Source: Lama guanicoe (taxonomy: Eukaryota). From it: a DNA stretch of 60,000 nucleotides. This document shows, one piece after another, positions 51,601 to 60,000 of this stretch. The first letter of the stretch is position 1; each line of letters opens with the position of its first letter. The DNA lies in contig MU056000.1 in NCBI GenBank assembly GCA_013239625.1, positions 7,603,214 through 7,663,213 of the forward strand, given 5' to 3'. The notes below the pieces were generated by a model. It was given only the letters and a program-made list of their open reading frames with translations, did no database searches and was not told where the DNA came from. A program made the translations under genes and the position numbers.

Positions 51601-51790
51601 CTCCTTCCTCATGTAAAGATGACAGTAACTGAATTTAGGGTCCCCTGTAAATCTAGGATGATCTCATCCTGAGATTCTTAATTACATCTGCAAAGAATTT
51701 ATTTCCAAATAAGGTCACAGTCACAAGTATGTGGGGTTAGAAATTAGACATATCTTTTAGGGGGATATTCTTCAATCCATTGCACTCACA
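51600..51790 (-). mobile_element. MLT1 LTR fragment
   Basis: ggatgatctcatcctgagattcttaattacatctgcaaagaatttatttccaaataaggtcac. Confidence 0.8.
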
Positions 51791-52171
51791 CAAAAGTTTA
51801 GCAAATGACAAGACAACTATGTCAACAAATACGCCATCTTGTGCTGTGTTGGAAGAGCATGGTGTGTGCCTAAGAATTCCACCCTCCTCAGATTGTCTAT
51901 AACAACTTGAAAGTTTCTGATAGGAAATGTGCTAGATAATAGTTCACTTCTTAGCGAGATTAGTTTAACTATCTCGCTGCTCTCACATCAGCTGGAGGAA
52001 CGTCTTCAGCCTCATCTGCTGAAGACAGGTGGTTCCTCACAGGGCTGAATGTGTTCCCCCACCTGCTGCACGGAGCAGTGATTTCATCCAAGAGGGAAAT
52101 ACACAGGCAAGCCCCAGGCCTGGGTGAACAGCAAAAGCCAACCTCCTGCTCTATCTCTTATGAACACCTTC

Positions 52172-52855
52172 TGCTATGGGTTAACCTGCGTCCTTCCAAA
52201 ATTCTTATGTTGAAATCCTAATCACCAGTACCTGAGAAGGTAACTTTATTCGGAGACAGGATGTTTACAGAGGTAACCAAGTTAAAATGAGTCATTAGGG
52301 TGGGCCATAATCCAATATGACTAGTGTCCTTATAAAAAGGGGACATTTGGAGACAGACACGCACACAGGGAGAATAAACAGTGTGTGAAGATGAAGGCAG
52401 AGATGGAGGTGATGCTTCTACAAGTCAAGGACCATGAAGGATTGCTAGCAAACCACCAGAAGCTGGGGGAAGGTATGGAATGGATTCTTCCTCAGAGTCC
52501 TCATATGAAACCAACCCTGATGACATCTTGATCTTGAACTTTTGGCCTTCAGAGCTGTAAGCCAATAAATTTATGTTGTTTGAACTGCCCAGTTTGTAGT
52601 ACAGTTGACCTTTAAATAATGCGAGGGTTAAGGGTGCTGACCCTCCACATATTCGAAAATCCACATATAACTTTAGAATTGGCTTTTCATATCCATAGTT
52701 GCACATCTTTGGATTCAACCAGATGCAGGTTGTATAGTACCGCAACATGTATTTACTGAAAAAAATCCACGTATGAGTGGGTTCACAGCAGTTCTCACCA
52801 TGTTGTTCAAGGGTCAACTGTACTTCACGATGGCAGCTCTGGGAAAGGAATCATA
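52172..52855 (+). mobile_element. MLT1C-like solo LTR interrupted by a Tigger MITE
   Basis: tgctatggg start; gtgaagatgaaggcagagatggaggtgatgc; caaaccaccagaagctggg; 3' end resumes after 52822. Confidence 0.9.
52602..52820. mobile_element. Tigger2/MER8-like MITE
   Basis: TIRs cagttgacc...ggtcaactg flanked by a TA duplication. Confidence 0.92.
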
Positions 52856-54752
52856 CTTACATTTACCTTTTTCTATTTCTAAGAGTAATCCATTTTTTTT
52901 CTCATCAGAATGAATGATACGGCAAAGTAATAAATGTTCAGAAATGTATAGGAAGAGCTGTATTTCCCCCTCTGTACATCTTTCAGTCATTCAGGTTTAT
53001 TTTTCTGATACAGCAGCATGTTATCATTGTTGACATGATGCTAGGGACTTGCCAGGTGCTATTATTCTACTGACTGTCACCCAAACATGTGGTTCTCACA
53101 CCTCCCCACAAGGAAGGAAGTGCTTCGTGGTGCATTTGTAATTCTGGAGGTTAAGAAATTCTACCAGGTTTGAAATGAGGGAATTTTGCACAGTTCAGGT
53201 CATAAATTAAATTACCAAAACACTCCAAAGCAATCTCTTAGATAGCCAAAGATAGGTTTGCCAGTAGAGAGTTAAATAATTAAAACAATCCAAATCTTGA
53301 TATGTTATTTATTGAAAATTGGATTCAGGCAAGGCTTGCAGTGGGTTATAGTTGCTTCCAGAATAAATGACAAAGTGAGTGCACTATCTGTCATTCCTGA
53401 AAGTTAATAAACTATAGTTGTGAAAGAGCTGACATGGAGATTCAGAAGAAGGAGGCACAGAACTGGAGATCTACTTGTGACACCGTGGTGGAGTTAGAAG
53501 TGTACATCACTGCACATGATCAGTTCCTTCATATACAATAAAAAGCTGCAAAGACCTTTCAGGGAGTCTTTTATCTGCACCGAGATTTCAGGACCTGATG
53601 TGTCTCTGTTACTTTCAATGATTACCTCAGTTCCAACGTCTGTTTGGAGTATGGACAGCCATGATCAAGGAAAAATCGGAAATTGAGGATCAGGAAGACT
53701 GGGAATCAGGGGAAACTTTCCTCTCACTATTTCATTTCCTCTATTTTATTTTATTTTGGGGGGTGGAGAGGGAGGAACTTAATTTTTTTTTAAGTGGACA
53801 ACAAAAGGACCGTAAGATCATTTTGAGAATTCAGGAGTTAGGGTGTTGGATTATGCCTGATGGGGGTTCCAGAGCCCACTTGCAAATAATGACCAAAAAA
53901 GCCTGGTGAAACTATTAGTGCCGTACTGACTTGATGAGAAACAAGCCAGTTTCTGAGACCTGAGGGGACCGGACGTGTTCGCACAGCGCTGCCTCAGGCA
54001 ACAGGGACACTCCCTCAAGAGGGTCGGCTCCGGGACTCCGCCCTGCCTCTCTCCCAAGCTTTTTCTGAAGGAGGTGCGCTTCCCTCTGTGGTGGACACAT
54101 CTTTAAACTCAAGCACAGAGAACCCAGAACGATATAAAACTGTCCCTCTGTATCACTCACCCATTCCATCTCCATCTAGATAATGATTTGCTATAAGCAT
54201 TTTAACATAATTTCAATCATTACATGTTTTCCTATGTTGTATCTGGTGACGCCGGGCCAGTGGCTAACAATTCCTCGCCGGTCCTTAATCACACCTTTTA
54301 GCCGAAGATAGGCTTTGTCTCTCAACTTGCCTTAGGCTAGAGTGCATTTTGCTTGTTCAGTTTCCTCTCATGCTGCTAGTTAGGCTAGGCTGCAAATCCT
54401 GACAAATGATATTATTCGAGAAAAAAATGTCTTGAGAGGCAAAACGGAACCTAAGCCTGAAAGCATCCTCGCTGTTAACCATCCTTTACACCTGTGGGTT
54501 CCCTGATCTTCAGGAAAGTTAAAACAGAGGACTTGTGTTTACAACTTCAGGGCTCCATCTGAAAGCCCATCGCTAGAACAATGCAAACATCCTGTTCTTA
54601 TGCTAATTTCTGTGCCCGCACGCGGAGTGGCCCCCATACTAAGTCTGCGGTAACTCCTACATGTCAAAAATATTCTCCATTTAAGTAACAGTTTAAACTG
54701 CGATATCAAAAATTATTTGGAATTCAGAACTAAATTGAAAGATCCCCTTTTA

Positions 54753-54908
54753 GGGAGAGGGTATAGCTCAGTGGTAGAGCACATGCTTAGCATGGACAAG
54801 GTCTTAGGTTCAATCCTCAGTACCTCCGTCCAAAAAATTAAATAAATGCATAAACCTAATTATCTCCTCCCCCCAAATACAAAGATGAAAGTAATTTTTA
54901 AAAATAAG
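54753..54908 (+). mobile_element. Camelid-type tRNA-derived SINE
   Basis: gggtatagctcagtggtagagcacatgcttagc...ggttcaatcctcagtacctcc; TSD gaaagatcccctttta / aaaaaatcccttttta. Confidence 0.92.
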
Positions 54909-57799
54909 AAAAAATCCCTTTTTAAGGGTGGTAAAATATTTTTGTTCTTTTTAACTCAAAAGTTGATGAAGTAACTTTTAGATGAGGTTTCTAAGACAAA
55001 AACCAAACCAATCATCTTCCAGTCTTTCCATGGTCACCATTTTAAAAATTCTAAAAGTTCTTCCAGACCTTTGTCCATACACATGCCTGTTAACACAACT
55101 ATAGCCTGTAATCATGGTCTATTTATTTCTTTATAATTTTTCACTTTTTTACTTAATATGATTAAAATTTCACTTAATATGATTAAGTGAAAAACAAACA
55201 TTTTTCTGTATTTCAAGGTAGGCATCTTAATAACATTTTGTAATCAGGGAAGAATCTGCACATTTCTCCGTGCAGCCGCACCATCATTTACTAGAATGAA
55301 CATTTCCCATGCTTTTCACCTCAAGCCATCTCTCTCTTGCTTCCAGGGTTGATACTGCTCCACAGAGCCACTTCCCACTGACGTGGCCCCCACCCCACCG
55401 CCAGGGAATTGCCTTCGTGGACTGTGCTCCCTGGACTGACGCAGGGGCCTGGGTGTTCCTGGGGGCTCTCTCCGTGTGTTGTCATCTCCCTTTACAAAAT
55501 GCTGTGTCTGTTTACAACGTACTATGGTGGAAAGTTTTAGCGTGTTTTCTGTCTCTTGTGCGATGGCTCTGTGATGGAATATGTTCTTTCTCTTTCTCTT
55601 TTCACTCCATACCTCTTTTTCTCTCCCATATTTGGAAAAACCCCCACTTACCTCTCTGATGACTGCTCTGGATCGAGACCAAAAGGATGCCTGTCCGGGG
55701 CAGTGGGGCAGGGGCCAGTGTCCACTGGGATGGGTGGAGGGGGCGAGCCCTCACTTGCATTGTGTGATGCAAAATTCTCAGGCTTCCTGTGGAATCATCA
55801 GTAAAATCTCATTGCTCACTAAGTACAGTCACTTTTCTTTTTGAGAAATGTAAGCACTGAATACAACTCTAGGTTGGCACCAGGTGACCCTAAGGGACAA
55901 CAGCCACATCTGGTCCTGTGGATACATGTCCAGGACCACTAGCCCACTCCAACCCACGACCGTTCCAGGGTCAACAGTGCTGGCACCATGGGAGACTCTG
56001 TACTTTGAATTTATTATTATTCTCATGAAATATTTCCCTTTGTTTCTCTACTATTTGCTCACATTTAAGTTCATTCAATGGACATTTACTGAGTCCTTGC
56101 TGTGCATTAGACACTGAAGGGATGACAAAGAGAAAGGTAACTATGTCTGTATTTTTCTTTAGAGCTTAAAAATGAAGTCGCATATATTAATTTCTCAGAT
56201 ACAAAATGGGCTCTGTCCTCAAATAAATTATGGCGACATAAGAAAAATACCTTGGGTACCTGAATTCAGGAGTTTGAGCAAAATGAAACAGTGTCAAGGG
56301 GTGTAGGTATGAACCTTGCCAGAGAGCAGGCTTTTAAACGAACAGGGGACAGTTGTGCAAAATGGCGGAATGGATTAGTATTCCCAAAGCCTGACAATAA
56401 TGAAGGGATTCCGAATGAATGGCCATGTATTTTTTAATAGACTGAGACAAATAGTCTATTCAGAAAAATGAAGAATCAAAATGACTGGCAGCTTTGCTTG
56501 CTTATTTTTGTCCTTTTTAAAATTTACTTCTTTATGGAGAGGAGGGTGGTGATGGCAAACCACAGGAGTGACGGGCGCTTGGGGCCACGGGTCTGCTCTG
56601 GGGCTGCCACGGACGCTTCTGTCTGGATTTGCTGCCATGGCCTGCGGCAAAGCAAGTCTGTAATTTTCGCTCTGGAAATAGTGTTCAGTTCAAGGTAAGT
56701 GAAAAAAAAAATGTGAGCATCTGTCTCTTCTGAATAAGTTCCGCTTTTGACAAACGTTTCTTCACAATTTTGTTGTTCAGATGCGCTAGGCCTGCAGACG
56801 GCTACATAAAAGTCCTTGATGTGAACTCTTACATTAAACCCCTCTGGAAGTTCATGATGAAATGAAGGCAGTCTAGTAAAAGCATCTATTCACTGGTACT
56901 TAGGACACAAAGAATTTTTTTTTTTTGGCATCACAAATGAGACAGAACATTCCATGGCAATTTTCTGTGTAATTGTGAGAATGCTGTATTTCGATTTTGG
57001 AATCTGCACGAGATGCCGGTCGCAGGCTCTCAGACAGAACCCAGGGGAAGCAGACATCCCAGGGAGGGCTTTGGAATTGCTCGGCTGCCTGGAAGTCCAC
57101 GAAAAATCTTCATCACAACCAGCTCTGGCAATTCACAGAAGATTTTTCAAATTCAGAGAAACTGAATCTGTTGAACATAAAAAAGGAAGAACAAAATTTA
57201 CTCCTCTGTAGAGGCGATCATGCTCCTATTTACAATGTAAAGGAAATGCCGGTTATGCGTTCTGTGTCAGCCCTTTAGAATTCTTCCAGCTCCACTAAAC
57301 CAGCGGGGAGAACAATAAAAGCAATCAGCCACGAGGTTTGTTTTGCTAAGTTGTCCCTCCTGCCCCACATCCATGCAGTCACACATCAGCAAAAAGGGAC
57401 AGTGCCAGATTCCTCGTTAGCATTTGTTTATGTCTGCAAAGCAGCTGACACACAGTCATTGAGCACCAAGGATGCACTGGACACCATGCTGGGGCCACCG
57501 TGCTGCCCACAAATGCCAGAGCCTCTGCCTTCACGGAGTCTACAGAGTGACAACCCTTGTCCTGCCTGTAATGGATAATTAAACAACTTCATTTTGTGTG
57601 ATGCGTTTAATGATCATCTAGGTACCAAGCTCTCCTCTGCTTTTGGCACAGCCAGGTGGGGCACGGAGTGACCAGTGGGCAGGGGCTGCTCTTTCTGGCC
57701 AGAGAAACCTCTGGTGGTCTCTCTTTTTTCCATGCATTGCTTGGTGCCATTCAAGTGTCATCATTTCTCTGGGTGTCATGGTATGAGTGTTGGAAAGCA

Positions 57800-58200
57800 C
57801 CGTGGAGGAGGATGGATCCCTGGAGGAGAGGATGATGAATACAAGTCTTCAAGCTCAAGAAAGAAAATTTTAGGCAGAGGCTAGAGTATATGAGAAAGTA
57901 TGGAGAGCAGCTGTATTGTGACATCAGGGCAACAGTTAGTGTTTGGTACAGCTGGAGAGAAGGGTGGGGGAAGCAAGGAGGATGGGACAGGTGAGGGCAG
58001 AGGCATGAAGAGCTTTGTAAGGTGCTTCATCTCCCTCCCAAAGTCCGGGCAGAGCCCTTGAAAGATCATAAGCAGGGGCATGACTCCATCTGGTCTGCTA
58101 CAGGGAGGACGTGGAGGATGGGAACGGGCCAGCATGTGAGCTGAGCGAGCATCTTGGGAGGGTTTGTGAAGATCCACTGGAGACGTGATACAGGCTCCAA
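57800..58200 (-). mobile_element. L2 fragment
   Basis: Purine-rich L2-like motifs (agagcccttgaaagatcataagcaggggcatgac). Confidence 0.55.
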
Positions 58201-59033
58201 CCAAAGCAAAACAATTGTTAGTCACAGAATCTTTTGCAAATTGCACAGTGAGCTGTAAAAGCTGACTTTAAAACACACTGGAGGAGATTTCCTCTTTGAA
58301 TTGAAGATCTGTAACTACCAATTAGGGCAAATGAATGTATTATTATTGATTCTTAAATTTTAGGCCACAAAGAAATCATGACATGAAGTTATGAGAATTA
58401 CAGCCAAATTTAAAGAAATCTTCTGTGTTGTTGTTGTTTTTTAATAGGGTGGAATTGGCTCAAAGGAGGATGCATCTCTGAATCTATTTAGAAATTTCTT
58501 ATATAGATATTGTCAGAAGTGGTTTGACAATAAAACTAGGAGAAAGGAAGAGGTGACCTCATTGTTTCTGCCTTAATTCCTAAAGTGTGATGGTTAATCT
58601 CATACCTGGGGATTTGTGCCTCAGCCACCAGCCTCCTAGCTATTTCCCTTCAGTCTTTGGAAACCAGTGATTCCAATGTGACAGACTGAAGTTCATGCAT
58701 CCCCACTGAGACCCGGTACACTGCCAATGTGCAGACGTGTGTAAAGGCGTTATGTGAAGACTCTTCTGGAACGTTTATGTTCCGAAAGGTAAGGCTTGGG
58801 TCACAGTATATCTCATTCTGAACCTTGCTGTAGGAGAATTTTGCTGAGTCCTAGGTGAATGTCTCAAATACAAGAAAGCAAATGTCCTTAGTTTGGTAGT
58901 ATTTGGAATTTTCATGCCCAGTCATGGTACCCAAAGAGGGCTGCCCAAGAAGAGATATTTGGCCTTGACTTTGATGTACGTATTGTCTCACCCATAATAG
59001 TGCTTGAAGGGAGTGGTGGTGTGTTCTCTTTAA

Positions 59034-59088
59034 GAATCACATGGGGTCCCTGGGAATCACATGGGGTCTCTGGGAATCACATGGTGTC
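59034..59088 (+). repeat. 20-bp tandem repeat, about 2.7 copies
   Basis: gaatcacatggggtcyctgg repeated. Confidence 0.9.
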
Positions 59089-59839
59089 AATTCCTCTACG
59101 CACAGAGGCTAAAATGGGACTTACTTGAGAAGAGGATGGACGTCATGACTTAGATATTTTCCAGCCCTATTATTCCATTTTTTCATGAGCCTTTTATTCT
59201 GCATCCAATAGAATAAGGTTTTTGAGAATGAGCTTTTGAAATTAATATGTTAGATATTGCTAGAAGCTCTTTGAATAACGAGATGTTTTATTTCAAGAGC
59301 CAGGAATGAAGCACTCAGCAGCATATTACTTCCAGGTGAAGTCGCGGCACTACGACAATTGTTACTCTTACAGTAACTTGAAGGCGGTTGTAATTCTGAA
59401 CTAATTAGACGGTGCAAATGGAGACTTGTCATTTACATTTTTCTCCTGGCACGTATTGCTCATCCTTTTTGGCTTTTGGCATAATCAGTACTTCAGTCAC
59501 AGTTTAAAGAAAGGGGTACATCTTGGAGGTGGATTAAACCAAGGCTTAGTTTCTTTGCCTCAACAATGAAATGTGCCCTCTTTAAGTGAAACTCATAACC
59601 AGTGATGGGGTTTGAAATCGTCTCTGGATCAAGAGGTAAGTGCTAAGTACAGGAATGAGTCAACTCTCATTTGGCTTTTGGGAGATATGCTAATTCTTCC
59701 CTGGAGAAAGACATTTTCTCATGGAGACAACTTTGGATGTGGGCTTTGGAGAATTACACCCGGGGCTGAGGGGGGTGGAAAGAACATCTGTAACAGAGGA
59801 AGCAAGAGGGGAAAGAGTGTACAATGTGAGGCTGTTTGA

Positions 59840-60000
59840 TATTTATTTCTTCACCAAAGATTTATTGTGGTCTGTCATATGCCAGATACTCTTCTAAGCT
59901 CTGGGCACAGCAGCAAATTAAATGGACAAGTTCCCACTTTCCTGGAGGTCCAAAATGTTAGGACAGTGATCACGGGAGAACGGAAACAAATAGAGTGATC
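59840..60000 (-). mobile_element. L2 3' end
   Basis: caccaaagatttattgtggtctgtcatatgccagatactcttctaagctctggg. Confidence 0.7.

Noticed and set aside
59034..59088. CRISPR-like array
   Set aside because: Head-to-tail tandem repeat with no unique spacers, in eukaryotic DNA with no cas genes
280..59839. ORFs of the supplied six-frame track as protein-coding genes
   Set aside because: Short, many start at non-ATG codons, many overlap repeats, and none shows recognisable protein similarity except L1 ORF2 remnants

Overview
Mammalian genomic DNA, most likely camelid (alpaca/camel lineage). The evidence is four copies of a tRNA-derived SINE of the camelid type, young artiodactyl-type L1 3' ends, and no ruminant Bov-tA/BovB or pig PRE1 SINEs that I could recognise. 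I found no protein-coding gene or exon that I can support; the ORF track looks like chance ORFs or repeat-derived fragments. The window appears intergenic or intronic and is dominated by transposable elements: L1, L2, MIR, MER20/MER5A hAT, Tigger MITEs, MaLR LTRs and several ERV solo LTRs, many with readable target-site duplications (TSDs). The clearest special feature is a full-length U6 snRNA retrocopy fused to an L1 3' end (a U6/L1 chimera) inserted into a MER5A element. Other points worth checking are an inverted pair of MER41-like solo LTRs, a target site apparently used twice by L1, an LTR cluster at 36-43 kb, and weak candidate spliced or regulatory elements. Repeat family names come from recalled consensus sequences, not a database search. 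I did not find convincing evidence of a novel biological system.
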